Shown piece after piece: positions 29,034 to 44,206 of a DNA stretch of 64,000 nt (its first letter is position 1; every line of letters begins with the position of its first letter). The translations under genes and the position numbers were made by a program. The notes beneath the pieces are model-generated. The model was not told where the DNA came from and made no database searches. It saw only the letters and a program-made list of their open reading frames with translations. This stretch comes from the human T2T-CHM13v2.0 reference genome, Homo sapiens. The DNA is taken from the NCBI RefSeq assembly GCF_009914755.1, contig NC_060925.1; one strand, 5' to 3'.

Positions 29034-31009
29034 CTTAAAATCCCCAACCCTGACACATACACCTATTCTCTCTGAGTTTCCTTCATGTGTTTTTAAAAAA
29101 TTTTTTTATCCCATTGGGTTATTGTAGATTAGCATATGAAGTATATAGCAGTTTCTCAATAAGTTTAACTCTTCTTCCTACATTTAGGTGGCAATAGCAA
29201 AGAAGTAGCCTGAAGTCATCTAGTGAAGGAAGAATAAAAGGAAAGATAATTATGGTATTTGTGAAAAAGTGTTTAGTACAGGATCCATACAACTGAATCC
29301 TTCCTGGCTTCTGCTCTCTCCCTTCTTGCTGGAATAAATATTCATGTAAATCAATGGCTGGGCACCCATAATCCCCCAGGATGTGGTTCTATCTGTTCAA
29401 TGTTTTGCATCATTTTGTTCGGTTGAGAAGTTTCTGTGTGCCTTCATTTGTATAAAGTTTTTCCTATGTGCATCAAGCCATCAGAAGAATCTCTTAGGGA
29501 ATAGGGTGAAGGCTGGCAGAGACATCTCTGCTCTCTGTCAGACATACCTTGCGTTACTTCTACCTGCATGACATGATTCTCTGACAACCTAGCCCTCATA
29601 AAATGCCTCAGATGATTGCACAAATAAGTCAACACAGTCCTTCCCAGGGGCATCAGATACCATTTCCATTCTCATCTCTGTACAGAAAGCATATGGAAAA
29701 TTCTGGTGCCACAGGGATCAGGGCATGGAGCTGGAGTAAGTAAATAGCAACAATTGATGCCTTTGGTGCCTACAGTCACCCCAGTGAAAAAAGCAAAACC
29801 AGATTTGCTTTTTCTTTATTCCTCTTGTATTTTCTTTAGCCCATGCATCGGAGTTGAACTCAGAATTCCCAACCCTGGCCCTGATCTCGGGCATCAGTCT
29901 GTGTCCAGTGGTGACACAGGGATCCCTCCCAGTCAAGGGGGTCTCCAGTCCACTGTAGGGCATGTGTGGCCCTCTGCTCTTGTGCTTTCCTTTGTGTAGA
30001 GCTCCTGCCCAGGCCCTGAGTGAGCTCCCGCTCCCTGGTATCTGGCTCTTTTCCATGACCCACACTCTTCAATGACTACATTTCTCACACTGGAGGACTA
30101 GATTTCCCAATGTTCGGGCTGCAAGAATCTACCTTGCGCAGGAAGCTTTGTCCCCTACATGTCACAGTTCAGCTCCAGTAGGAGGTACCAACAGAAGCAA
30201 GGTGTATGGAGGCAGTGGTGTACTTTGGTGCAGCCCACAGCTTCATTACACAGTTGCCTAGGGAACTTCCAGGCCACCATCCAGCTGCCTCCAGCTGCCT
30301 CCTGCTGCTGTTTCTGTTGGACAACTCCCTCCATTGCTGCCTAGAGCATTTAAATGGCAAGATGACTCAAGATACCCTGCCCCAGGGGTTCCTGGCTTCT
30401 CTTCCTTCCTCTCCCAGCACCTCCCAGCCCTTTTCCCTGCAGTCATCACACACAGGCACCATTCAAGTGTGCAACTATTTTTACTAAAGTGTGAAGGATT
30501 CTCAGGGCACAAACTATACTTAGCAGAGGTTAAAGTTCACATTATGCAATAAGGCATAAGTTTAAATCATTAAACAGCCTGTCCTATGCTCTTTCTGTCC
30601 TCACTCCTCTACAAATGGACTTTTTCAGTCCTAACGCTTCTCTTTTTAATTCAGCCTATGTATAACTCAAGGCCTTTGTTCTCTGCAAGGAAGAGAGACC
30701 ATTTCTTTTTAGGCTTCAAATCACTCCCTCAGTCTCAGATAGAGATTTTCTTATGACCATCAGAACCTCTGATTTAGAAGGAAGCTATGAAGAAATGTTA
30801 AAAGGAATCTTCCCAATGTTGAAAAATCTAGCCTAGAAATTTTAAAAAATGTATCCACCAAGGGGCTTGAACTGACGCTAGTTGACAACTGCAGTTGGCT
30901 TTTCAGGCCCAGGTAGTGAGAAGGAATTATGTTTGAGGGTGTTAATTTCAGCATAAGAATGAAGAGGAGGGCTCAAACTAGCTCATCTGCTAGAGGAAAG
31001 ACCGGGGTC

Positions 31010-31371
31010 CACACTGCGTGTGTGCCAGGATGTTTCACCACATGGTCCCTCTGGTACTGAAAGCCCTGTTACTAACAGTCGTAGCTGCCTGCTCTGGACA
31101 GGAAGTGCCTCAGTGATGAGAGTCCCCTTGCTCAAGGTCACAGCCCCTTCCTGGGGCAGCCTGCATCCAATGACTGGGCAGAGTTTGTTATAAAGGCTCA
31201 GCCCTCTTCCCCTGAGCTCAGGAAAACTCTAAGGCGGCATCCCTCCTTCAGAGACTGCATCACAGTTCCACGGCTTCCTCTGCCTCTTTCACAGAGAAGA
31301 ACTCTACCTAATACGTCCCCACGTGCTAATCTCCATCTCAGAGTAAGCTTCCCAGGGAACCAACCTGAGAC
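31010..31371 (+). mobile_element. ERVL solo LTR (LTR16-like)
   Basis: ggggcagcctgcatccaatgactg and terminus aatctccatctcagagt...ggaaccaacctgagaca. Confidence 0.75.
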
Positions 31372-31534
31372 AATGATCAGAAGAGCTTAGTAACATTTCT
31401 TAAACAACGTAACATTCCCAGGTTTGTTTTTTGTATTCTCTTTTAAACCACTGCCACTATCAGTAAAGCTCTTAAAATACAAATGATAAATGCTCTTGTA
31501 TAGCCTCTGTCCTAGCTCCTGAATGTGCTGACAG

Positions 31535-31677
31535 CAGGCTTAGCAGCATCAATATCACGGGTGAGTGTATCTGAAATGCAGACCTTCAGTTCCCAACCCA
31601 GACTAACTAAATCAGAGTGCATTTTAATAAAATCCTCAGATGATTCCATATGCATATTAATGTTTGATAAGCACTGG
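31535..31677. mobile_element. MER5A fragment
   Basis: agcagcatcaatatcac...gaaatgcaga...taaatcagag...tttgataagcactg. Confidence 0.75.
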
Positions 31678-32639
31678 CCTACATGACAATTGGGTAAGAA
31701 ATAATTAAGCAGGAATGTTTACTGGTAGCACAGAAGCATCCTGGCCTCCTTTTTCTCTGCCCAATGAGGGTTATCTGTTTTTCTTAATAAAAGGAGTTTA
31801 AAAACCCATTATTTTTGGCATAGACCAATCATAAACAAAAGGGCAGAAAACAGAGGCAGATGGTCAGACAACACACTGCTCAGGTTAGGAAACCAAGCAG
31901 CAATATTAAGCAAACAGGGAAAAACATTAAGGGAAAAATATGTAAAATAAGGATCAGCACTTCTGAGAGTATAAAGGAAAAGATGAAAAGCTGTCCTTGC
32001 AATACAATAGATGGACTTTGAACATGAGCAGTGACTTACAGCGTTCCCAAAAAACAATAAGGAACCTCCTCGTATAAGAACGCTTTCTCAAAGTTCAGGC
32101 ACACACGGAGACGTGAACAAGAGGACAAGCTCACACCTGAGCAAACTCCATTCTCTTAGCCACACCATCAAAAGATTTCCACCACTCTTCAGTGAGGAGG
32201 AACTAGTTTATATTAGAAAGGCAACAGTTTGTTGTAGGTAACATGCTTACATGTTAAAGTGTAACGAATCCTTCCATGCTTCTAATTCGTAGGGAGGATT
32301 CTGTCATTCCCAGAAGATCCACTTGTTGTTCATAAAATGCTGCATTACGCTGTCTGGATTTCTTTATAGACGGATAGCTAGACAGAGTTTGACCTCTATG
32401 TGGCTTTTCCAATAAAAGTCCTAGAACACAAGGTAGGCAGGAACAGGTAAGTGGCACTGATAAAGAGTGCTGCTCTGTCACGATTGATTTATGTTGGGCT
32501 GTGGCCTGTTTAAGTTCATTTAAGGGCAGCAAGAAAAGAGGGAGCTGTGGTGAGGCCATGACACAGCCTGCCCTGATAGAACAGAACCCCTAAGGGAAAA
32601 TGTGTTAGCAGCCACTAAGAGGAGAGGCAGGGGCAAGCA

Positions 32640-34790
32640 CATTCCACCCTCATTGCAACAATAAAATCTGAACAGAACACATGGCGTGCCTATCTGAGGA
32701 CTCTGAAAAGTAAATGGTAGCAGATGGATTAAGAAAGAAGACCAGAACTCAAACTGTCAGTGAATCAACAGTGAGTGTTCCCTTTCTGCTCCGTAGCCCC
32801 TAGCCTGGGTTTGCGGTAGCCCAAAATTCAGAAGTGAGCACCAGGTGTGGATAGAAAGGGTGCCATCTTGTTCTGGCTCAAGGTGCAGGTAATGCTGAGT
32901 GAGTGTGGGGGAAATCCCATCTTTCCGTCTTTTCTTTCTCTTCTTCATTCTTTCACACTCCACCCCAGGCAATCCTGTGGCACCCACAGCAGTGGCAGTG
33001 ACAGCAGCAGTGGTGGGGTCCCACAGAGAACCGTTCCACTCTGATTGGAGGAGCTCTGGTGTCAAGGGGATGGGGAACCCCCATTCCTTTCTTTTCCCTC
33101 TCTCTTTGTTCTCGTACTACTTGGCCCAAATGTGGCCACGTTCATAGGAAGCATGCAGCCCAGCAGGGTAAACAGAGCACTGGCTTCCTGGCCAGAGGAT
33201 ATTAAAGAGGAGCCACAGAGAACTGAAAGGTACTAGCGAGAACCCAAAAAGGGAATAACTCAGGAAAGTGGCCACATACAGTTGTTTATAAACTCCTGGG
33301 CTCAATCCTGTACTGGGTATGTGTCGATCTGATCCTAAACAGCACACCAAAGGCTATGAGGAATGACTTTGGCAAAAACAGGAGAAAGATCTGAGTAGCT
33401 ACAAAGGCTTGAACAACAGAATTGACATTGAACTACAACCCACAGAAGGCTGGCAAAATGTTCCACCTGAATCCACCTAGGTTGAATTGCTTGTTAAAAC
33501 ATTAATATCAATAGTCACAAAGTACATAAACAAAACCAATAGTCTCATAACATAACAGCCAGGATACAATGCAAAGTTACTCGGCACGTTAGTTTTCTAT
33601 TGCTGAAACAAATGACCACAAACTTAGTGGTCGTTTACGTTTTAAGCCAGTTAGTGGCTTCAAACAACACAGCGTTTTAAATGTTAAAGTTCTGCTGGTC
33701 GAAAGTCCAAAATCAGTCTCACTGGACTAAGTTCAGGTGTCAGCAGGGCAGGTTCCCTCTGGAGGCACTCAGGGAGAATCTGTCCCTTCCCTTTTCTGCT
33801 TCTAGGGGCTGCCCACATTCCTTGGCTTATGGACCCCTTTCTTCGTCTTCAAAGTCAGCAATGTAACATCTCTCTGATCTTTCTTCTGCTGTCACAACCC
33901 TTTCTAAACACAGCCAGGAAATGTTTTCTGCGTTTAAGGATGCTTGTGATTATATTTGGCCTACCTGGATAATCCAGTATACTCTCCTCTCCTCAAGGTC
34001 GGTAGACAAGCAACCATAATTGCATTTGCAACCTTAATGCGTTGCAACCTGAAATCCTTTATGTCATGTAACATAGCATATTCACAGGTTTGAGGAAGTA
34101 AGACATGGACATCTTTGATGAGACTTTATTCTGCCTACAGCCCTCAAAATAAAATGAACCATCAAATCTCAACCCACATGAAAAAAGACAACCAACAGAT
34201 GCCAATGCTGAGGTGATGCAGATGTGGGAATTTTCTGACAGACTTTAAAGGGGCTATTATAAAAAAAATCTAAGAAGTAAGGAAGAGGACTCTTGAGATT
34301 AATGGAAAGATAGAAAGTCTCAGTAGAGAAGCAGAAGGTATAAAGAAGATCCAAATGTACATTTTAGAACTAAAAACATAAAACCTAAAATTTTTAAACT
34401 TACTAGATTAACCAGTAGAAATTATCCAATATAAACAACAAAGAAAAATAGAATTGGGGGAAAAAAAATGAACAAATCCTCAGGGACCAGTGAGTGAATC
34501 AATATCAAAATCTCGAACAGTTGTGTCATTAGGGTCCCAGAGCAGAGGAAAAATACTGGAAAAATCATGGCTAAAAACTTCCCAAATCTGGCAAAAGACA
34601 TAAACCTATGGATTCAAGAAGCTCAGTGAGCTACAAACAGGATAAACCCAAAAAATTATGCCCAGTCATGCTGTAATCCAAATGCTAGAAACTAGGATGA
34701 ACAAAACTTTGGAAAGTAGCCAGAAAGTTGACATACTACTTATAGGAGAATAATTCAAATATCTGTAGATTGCTCATCAGAAATCAAAAA
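32640..34790 (+). mobile_element. Old L1M 5' UTR plus ORF1 remnant, interrupted by MLT1D
   Basis: 34564-34650 reads IMAKNFPNLAKDINLWIQEAQ (L1 ORF1 motif); upstream sequence resembles old L1M 5' ends. Confidence 0.7.
33586..34139 (-). mobile_element. MaLR solo LTR (MLT1D-like)
   Basis: gttagttttctattgctg...ccacaaacttagtgg...acctggataatccag...attctgcctaca. Confidence 0.85.
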
Positions 34791-34918
34791 TACGCAAATA
34801 TAGACAAATTGAAAATCTTTGCCCATCAAATCAGCAATTTAAAATTCTTACTATCTGGTGTCAGGATATGAGAATGTTGCTGGGAAGACAAATCAGAACA
34901 TTTGTGAAGGGCAATTAG

Positions 34919-35192
<274 letters not shown>

Positions 35193-35857
35193 TATCTATC
35201 AAAATTTTAAATCTACACACCTCTCACCCTCAATTCCACTTTTAGGAATTTATCCTAAAGAAATATTTGTACATGTGCTCAAAGATGCTTGACTGTGCAT
35301 TGTGTATAATGGCAAATAAATATATTAATTAGTAAAACATTATGAATTATTACAGGTAAGGTAATATATAAATAAATTATGGAGCACCACAGTATGAGAT
35401 ATAATGTACCTTTAAAACAATTACATTGGAGTCAAGTCTACTGGCATGGGAAGGAGTTATGATATATTGTTAAATGAAAAAAAATTGTCAAACAGCACAC
35501 CCACACGTCAAATTTTATAATTGTGTGTGTGTGTGTGATTATAATTGATGGGGAAAAGATCTGGAAGGATAAAACCCAAAGTAATAGAGCAGTTGCTTCT
35601 GAGTAGTCAGACCAGAAGAGAAGAAAGGTACTTGCTCTTTCTATCTTATATATCTGTGTGTGTATTTTTTACAAAGAACAGTATTATTTTTGACACTTTT
35701 GAAAAATGGTAAAAGACCTATCTATGTAAGTTTGATAACATTGTCCTTCAGTGTTCTGAGTTTAGAAATTCACTAGTCTTTCACTGTTTTCTGGGACCTT
35801 AGCATTTTATTCACTTCCCTTTAGGAAATCCAACCATCTCATTCAGCATCTCCTAGT

Positions 35858-36396
35858 ATATATGATATTTTACTGTGTAACCAATTATCTCAGGATTTAC
35901 CAGCCACAACAATAGAAATATATTATCTCATGTCATTTCTGGGGGTCAGGACACCAAGAGTGACTTAGTGGGGTGCTCGGGTCAGGGTTTCTTATGAGGT
36001 TCAGTCAAAATGTTGGCCGAGGCTGCAGTCATCTGAAGGCTGGACCAGATTGGAAGATCCACCACCAAGTTCCTCACACAGCTGTTAGCATGAGGCCTCT
36101 GTTTCTTGCTGGCTAGTGGTCAGAGGCCTTAGCTCCTCACTACATGGGCCTCTCTCCAGAATGCTCATAAGGCAGCTGCCTTCCTTTAGAGTGACTGGTC
36201 AAAAAAAGAGGTAGAGCAATCAAGATGGAAGCTGCGATGATTTCTATCACCTAATCTTGGAAATGACATACCATCACTTCTGCTATGGTCTATTGGTCAC
36301 ACAGGCTGGCCTTAGTAAAGTGCAGGAGGGGACTACACAAGAGTGTGAATACCAGAAGACAGGGATCATTGAGGGCCATTTCAAAGATGCTACAAC
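35858..36396 (-). mobile_element. MaLR solo LTR (MLT1F-like)
   Basis: ggctgcagtcatctgaaggct...accatcacttctgc...tctattggtcacacag...ggggactacacaagagtgtgaataccag. Confidence 0.85.
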
Positions 36397-36989
36397 TAAA
36401 TTTTTCTCCACTCTCTTTCTCTTCTCCCTTTTGAAGTTCGCAGATGTTCTAAAAACAACTCTATCCATACAGTATCACTGATTCGTTTAGGGGTCCTAGA
36501 GCATTCAATCTTTCATCAAAAGAAAACCTTATGGACTAATAAGGAACTCCAGTTTGTGTAGCTCCAACCTTTCTCCATGAACAAGGGTATTTTGATTTTC
36601 CTATAGTGTGATGATGGAGGGTAGGGAAAAGTACAAGTGTAAATAATTGACCAAAGAGAAAAACATAGGGAATAACCAGGTGCCTCAATGAGAATCCCTT
36701 CAATAGGGGGTCACGTCATTCACACCTACCCTGCAGCCCCACCTTTAATCCTCACAAGTCAGGACAGGCATCTCTTCTCCTAAGTGGAATTTCCCATAAG
36801 CCATGCAGACAAAGTAGAAATGCTTGCCAGCTCACACATCAACAATAAAGGCTACTAGAATCATCTGTTACTTAGAAAATGTTAGAAGGCAACAAATAAA
36901 AACTGAGGGTTAAAGGATACCTATGCCTCTGCACTAAAACAATATGAAGTACTCAAAGGTAGGGTATAACTGAGCATTTGGAAGAAACT

Positions 36990-37580
36990 ATCCTGACATG
37001 TGAATGCACCTGATTGCAAAAGATATGTGTCATCTAACTGGGAGTATAACACAGTGTTATACTGTATACCTTAGGTTCAGCCAAGCATTTGATTAAGGCT
37101 TTCATAATATGCCTGTAGGTATGTTGGAGAAATACAAGTAAGAGTCGATTCATCATAGGTTGAGCAATCTATGCAAAGAGTGTTGATTGACTCATTGTTG
37201 TCAGCTTGAAAGAGATAATATACCTCAGGGCTTTGAATTTGGCCTTGTTTCATTGAAAATTTTTATAAACTATTTGGACAAAGACAAAGAAAATGCACTC
37301 ATTAGATTTTCAAGTATTATATAGTCAGGAAAGTAAAGAAGCTGAACAATAAAATCAGAATCCCTCCAAAGGTCTCCAACAGGCTGAAATTATAGGTCAG
37401 AACCCCTGAAAATGAGTAAGAAGCAGCATAAAATCCTGTACAAAATGGGAGAGACCTAGTTGATGCAGAAAAGCTTGAAGTTAACCAAAAATTTAATATG
37501 TCAGCAGTTCGCCAAGCCTGCCAAAAAGGCAATGCAAAACTTTAGTCTGCGTTGTGATGAATATAGTGCTTAGAATCAGG
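36990..37580 (+). mobile_element. CR1/L3 LINE RT remnant
   Basis: Decayed RT motifs FSQAFD (37076), IPQG (about 37221) and IFINYLD (about 37259), matching CR1 DFSKAFD / VPQGS / IFINDLD. Confidence 0.75.
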
Positions 37581-37879
37581 GATATCTAGTTGTGATGAAC
37601 CCCACACTAAATATGTGGCTTCCTAGAATGACTGAGAGGTTCCTCTATGACCATATGTACCTTCTAACACCAAGATTCTACCATCCTCTGCTTATAACAG
37701 TCCTCTTTGTGACCAATCTAGTAATTTTATCAAAAAAAAATGAGTTTGTTTTATTATTTTTGTATGCATTCAAGCAATATTTATCAGGAAAAAAAAGTGA
37801 GCCAGTTACTATTCTGGAATCTAGGGACACAAAGATGACTGGGACACAGACCCTGAGGGTTAGAGTCTGGGGAATAAGG

Positions 37880-38230
37880 ACACTATGGTCTGAATGAGTT
37901 CCCCGAAATTCATGTTAAACCCCCAATGCAATAGTATTAAGAGATAGGGCCTTCAGGAGGTGATTAGGTTGTGAGAGCTCCACCCTCACAAATGGGATCA
38001 GTGCCCATCTAAAAGAGGCCTAAGGGAGCTCACTCATCCCTTCTGCCATGTAAAGACTCAGGGAGAAGGTGCCATCTATAAAGCAGAGAGCAGGCACTCG
38101 CCAGACACCGAATCTACTGGTGTCTTGACTCGGACTTCCCAGCTTCCGGAACTATGCAAATAAATTTCTGTTGTTTATAAATTATCCAGTCTAAAATAGC
38201 CTGTTATAGCAGTCTGAATGGGCTAAGACA
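37880..38230 (+). mobile_element. MaLR solo LTR (MLT1A/MSTD-like)
   Basis: ctatggtctgaatg...ccagacaccgaatct...aaataaatttctgttgtttataa...ctaagaca. Confidence 0.88.
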
Positions 38231-38244
38231 AGAAGTATAGAGGA

Positions 38245-39162
<918 letters not shown>

Positions 39163-39365
39163 AGGGATGAATAAGCAGTGGCCATACAAGGAGATAAATG
39201 GCTACGATGGAGCAAAGTTGCAGTGTACATTGTTGGTTGATGTTTCAGAATCTAGTGCCACTCTCCTAGGCAAGTTTCGATTTTGCTCAGGTAGCTGCTC
39301 CTCACTCATATATTCATGGCCACGAGCTGTACTCCCATATGAGTGCAGGACTAATTAGTCCAAAA

Positions 39366-39613
39366 CAGGGCTTCTCAGCTTTGGCACTATTGATATTTTG
39401 ACCTGGATAATTCTTTGTTGTGGAGGGATGTCCTGTACAGTGCACTGTAGGATGCTTAGAAGTGTCCCCGGCCCCTATCCTCTAGAGCTAGTGACATACC
39501 TTTTCTCTGTTCCCCTGCTGTGAAAAACAAACTGTCTCCAGATATTGCCAAATATACCAGGTTCGGGGCAAATAGAGGCAGGAAGCAAAAACATCCCCCG
39601 TTGGGAACCATTG
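39366..39613. mobile_element. MER20, nested in an older MLT1-like LTR (about 39280-40030)
   Basis: cagggcttctcagctttggcactattgatattttg...gataattctttgttgtgg...tctccagatattgccaaat; imperfect 8-bp TSD gtccaaaa/atccaaag. Confidence 0.88.
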
Positions 39614-41129
39614 ATCCAAAGGTAACTCATTACCTTGCTGATGATTGGTTCAGGAATAGGTATGTGATCACTTTGGGAAATAGAGCTGTCAAAAGAGGTT
39701 TCACTGGGATTTCTGAGAAAACCTTCCTTACTCTTCAGGGTATGCTACTGGAAGTCACCCTGTTTCTCTTTCTCCAGATGTTCTGATGCACAGATTTCAG
39801 TCCTAGCACTGCTGCAGCCATGTCAAACCCAGCTTGAGGGTGGAGCCAATACACAAAAGAGTACACAGCCAAGAGTATTGCAGGGACCTGGGCCTCTGGC
39901 CCCTGGCTGAAGCCAATCCTGAAGTCTACTCTACCTATAGACTTCTGGTTATAGGAGCCTATTAATTTCCTTATTGTTCAAGATAGTTTAAGGGATAGCT
40001 GGTTTTGGCATACCACAGCAGCTAATTGGCACCACTCTGTAAAGGTGCTAGGGAAGCCCAGAGAAAGACACACCTCATGAAGCTGAGTCAAGAAATAAAA
40101 AAGGACAGAAGATAGGTCCGGAAGTCTACAGTCGACAGGCTGCTTTCCCATGACACCTTGAATCCTAACACTAGCCTGGAAAAATGGACTATTATCCTCA
40201 TTGTATGTCTCAGAAGAGTTCATGGTTTGTCCATGGTCACAAGGCAAGGAAGAGTCAAGATTGAAACCCAGGCCTTCCAGTGCCACATCGCATGATTTCC
40301 CCCATATTCTCCTGAACCAGGACTTCTTTTCTGTCATCCTTTTGCTCAAAAATATTTAACATACGCCCTTGTCTCTGGAGCATGTTCAAACTTTCTAGCT
40401 GAGGATTTGAAGTTTTCCGCAAAGCCGCTCTACTCCAAAAGATTTAAGCTCATCATTCCAGCTCATTCCTCCAATTGGACCTTCGCTTAGACTTCCCTTA
40501 TCTGTACTTTCTTGCCATTTCTTCTCCATGTGTTTGAGTTCATTCTTTAATAAAGTTCAAATTGATTCCTGAGCTTATGCAAAATTGCCCTAGTTCTTGG
40601 TGAGGTTTCTTCCTCTTAACTCCTAGAGTATAAAACTAAGCACATGTTACCCAGATGGCCTCAGGTTTCACCAGATGGAGCCCTAATAGTAGTCACTATA
40701 TTTAGAACGTTTACGACTTTGGTTCCCACCTTACTTTGTAGACCCCATCACCATCAACTTCTACTAAGCCCTCCTCACTGAGGGCCTCCTCTTGGGATAC
40801 TTTGCCCCCATCCATGTACCCCCCTCTCACTGTGAGAATGCCAGGGCGTGATGCCCTGAGCCTTCAACCTTCCAGTTGCAGAGTGGACAGATGTGGTCAT
40901 CCATGCAGAAAAAAAAGGACATTTCTCCTAGTCCAGGTCACTTTTGGGCACCTGGAGGCTGAAGCAGCTTTGCTTCTGCTCAGCTCCTTTATCCTCATCC
41001 AAAAGACAGAGCTTCTTCCATTTCCACCTGTTGCCCTTCCTGATGTGGCTTAGTTGGAATGGACACAGACCCCCATGCTGCTACCAATCTCTCTTCTTTG
41101 TTTATTTCCAGAAATGGTATCAGCCACCA

Positions 41130-41835
41130 GGTCTTGACTGCTTTCTCTGGGCCAGGAATTATGTTAAGCACCTTACAAGTCACTTTATTTAATCTGTTTA
41201 TTTAACAGCCAAAGTAAGTGCCCTTATTATACCCAGTTTACAAAGAGGTCTCTTATAAATAAAGGTTTAGGTAACTTGCCCAAGGTTCACTGAAGAATCC
41301 AGATTCCACAAAAGTCCTTGCTCAATCAACACAGCACCAAAGTCACAAGTTTCTACCCTGTCTTGGCCAGTCAAAATGGAAAGCCCTTTAAAAATGAGCT
41401 CATGCACATCAGCAGCTCTAGCACCCACTCACCTGTTCTGCAGATGCACGCAGACATGCTACACATGATATCATAAATAATCATTAACATGTATTGAGTG
41501 CTTACTATGTGCCAGGCACTATTCTAAGCATTTTGCATTATTAATGCATTTCCTCTTCAAAATAACCCTGTTAGGTAAGTACTATCATTATCCCCACACT
41601 GCAGTTAAGAGGCAGAGCTGAGATGAGGATGAAAGAAACCTGGTGCCTGAGCACACACTCTTACCACTCTGTTACAGATTATTGGGCATCCTCTATGTCC
41701 CAGATACCAGCCTGGGTCATCTGCATACATTTTCTCTAATCTTTACAATATTCCTATAAGAAAGTTATGTCCCCAATTTTACAGCCAAGGAACCTGAATG
41801 TCACAGAGAGTCAATCAACTTGCCCAAGATCTTGG
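41130..41835 (-). mobile_element. Cluster of three MIR fragments
   Basis: Repeated MIR cores, e.g. tattgagtgcttactatgtgccaggcactattctaagc and ccccaattttacag...aacttgcccaag. Confidence 0.75.
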
Positions 41836-42767
41836 TTAGTAAATGTAATGTCCAGATTTCACCAGGTCAATGCTGTCTTGTAAAGTTATTTGCCTTTTCA
41901 TACACATGTTTTTTTCCATAGCATGAACCAGGCTCCCAACTTTATCCTCCCAGGACCTCTCTGAGAGCTGTAGCCCAGGTCTGTGTTCTGGGCATGGGTA
42001 GGAGGAGGAGGGAGAGAAAAAAAGGTGGTGGCTGCCAGCTGCTGCTTCAAACAAAATATATCTACATATACAAAGGCACCGGGACTGGTTGCCTAGCAAC
42101 ATCTTTCTGCCTCCCCAACCTGCTTCACTCCATCCTTACCCAACACATTATGCACACCCCTTGGCCTGCAATGCCCTTCTGAGACATCCCCCTTCATGGC
42201 TGCCTTTGTTCATCTTAACCTGATTTGCTAGGCAAAGGCTTGTAGCTTGCAGCTTGCAGGGAGTCCAGGAAGCACACGATTTGTATCACAGATGGCCCTG
42301 GGACAGGCAAAACAGAGCTATCCACCCTGCATAGCCCATACCTTGGCACTCACAGGGTATCTAATGCTGCAGGAAGGAGGGGGTCTCATTTCAGGAGCTT
42401 TGTCATATCGCTAAAGGTTTAAAAAAAGAGTTTTGTTTTTCACATATGTCAGGTCCTTTAAATAGTTCTTTAAAATAAAAGTTTGATTGGGATAGAATTA
42501 AAGCAGGCTGTCTGGATTTCTTTTTTCATCTTATCTCCCATGTTGGAAGTTAGAGCCTCTTAAATTTAAAGTTATCTTCAGTTCAACCAGTCCAAAAGGC
42601 CTTAGGGATATATTTGTCCTGGAATCTTAAAGAGAGGCAGAACAAGGCAGAATACACAGTTCTCTTAGTTCTTCAAGCATAACTGAAAGGGTACAACAGT
42701 AGTGGAGCCCCCAACCCAGTCCAGAGCTTCTGACTTCATGGCGAGAAGGTGATGCTGAACTGAGAGC

Positions 42768-43053
42768 CAGGGCTACATTATCGCTTTCATGGACCCTAGG
42801 CAATTTTGCCTTCATGGGCCCATTCCTCCATAAAAAGAAAGAAAAAATATTAAAAATTATTTTTTATGACTGTGCTGGTATAAAGACAACTATAATCCAG
42901 ACTGTATTCATTTATATATATATTTATTATTTTCATTATGTAATATTCATTTTTCCTGATTTTAAAAAAAACAAAGAAACTAAAATATATTTATGCACCC
43001 TTGAGAGTATTGTAGGTCCAAGCCTACTGTGCCCAGTGGATAAGATGGCCCTG
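42768..43053. mobile_element. hAT (Tip100-type) MITE
   Basis: Terminal inverted repeats cagggc.../...gccctg; 8-bp TSD ctgagagc/ctgagggt; AT-rich interior. Confidence 0.8.
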
Positions 43054-44206
43054 CTGAGGGTATGTCAGCACACAGCAAATGTTATTCAGACATTGGTGCT
43101 CAGCCAATGCTCAGAACTGTGGGGTAAGGAATGCTGTGGCTTAAGGAAAGCACAATGCTCTGTGCCCAGAATTGTGGGGTAAGAAAAAAAGTAAGGTGTG
43201 GCACCTGTACTCAAAGGCTTCGAGCCTAACTGCAGAAAAAAACAAAGCAGAAACCTACAATCACTGAGCCACAAAAACTCGGCTTGGCAACCACTAAGGA
43301 AATCATTGAAACCCTTTTCTTGCTTAGTTGTATTATCACCTGAACAAATAATACATGTTTAAAACACCACATACTGAGAAAGGGCCAAAGAGGTAAGAGA
43401 TGACGCTGGCAAGTGTAGTGATGGATTGGATATTGAGGTTAAAAAAGAGTCAAGAAAGATTTCTGAGTTTGGGCCTGGGTGATCATCTACATAGACAGAA
43501 AATAAAGAAAGAGGAATAAGTTGGAGGAGGAGACAATGGGCCCAGTGTTAGGCAGATTCGTTTGAAATGCCTCTGGGGAGTAAAAGGCAGAGACCAAGAC
43601 TGCTTTACTCCCCACTAAAGTCTCATCTCCTAGTATAAAACCTGACACTTCTTCTGTATTAAATAAATATTTGTGGAATTAATTAGATACAAGTAGATAA
43701 GTCTAGTGATTGATTAGTTGTTTTTATGGGCCTAATACCCAGAACAAAGACCTGGGGTGTTGTGGCAGATGCTGGCGGCTGACATTCACTCTCTATTCCA
43801 AGTCTGCTTATGTGAACAACTGCAACTCCCTGCCTTGTCCTGGCCTCAGGAATAGATTTGGATTAAGTACAGGACAAGCTGGAATCTCCAGAGACTTAAT
43901 GCCTAGAAGCAACCTCAAACAGTGATTGACAGGGAGTTAACCTATAAATAACCCATCTCCTGCGAAAATAACTCTGAGGCACAGTCTATGCAATCTTCTA
44001 GAATTCTCCAGTGAGATTAAGTTTCTAGAGCCCTAACTGAGGCTGGAAATATCCTGGCCACACCTGCTTTGAGTGAGAGGTTTCTTTGGATGAAAGGGCT
44101 GTGTAGCCAGCAGCAGAACTGTGTGCATGTGGAAAGCAAAGGCTGATATTCCTAACAGATGATCATCCACTTCTACGTGATGATATATTTGCTCATGTAA
44201 AGAGAG

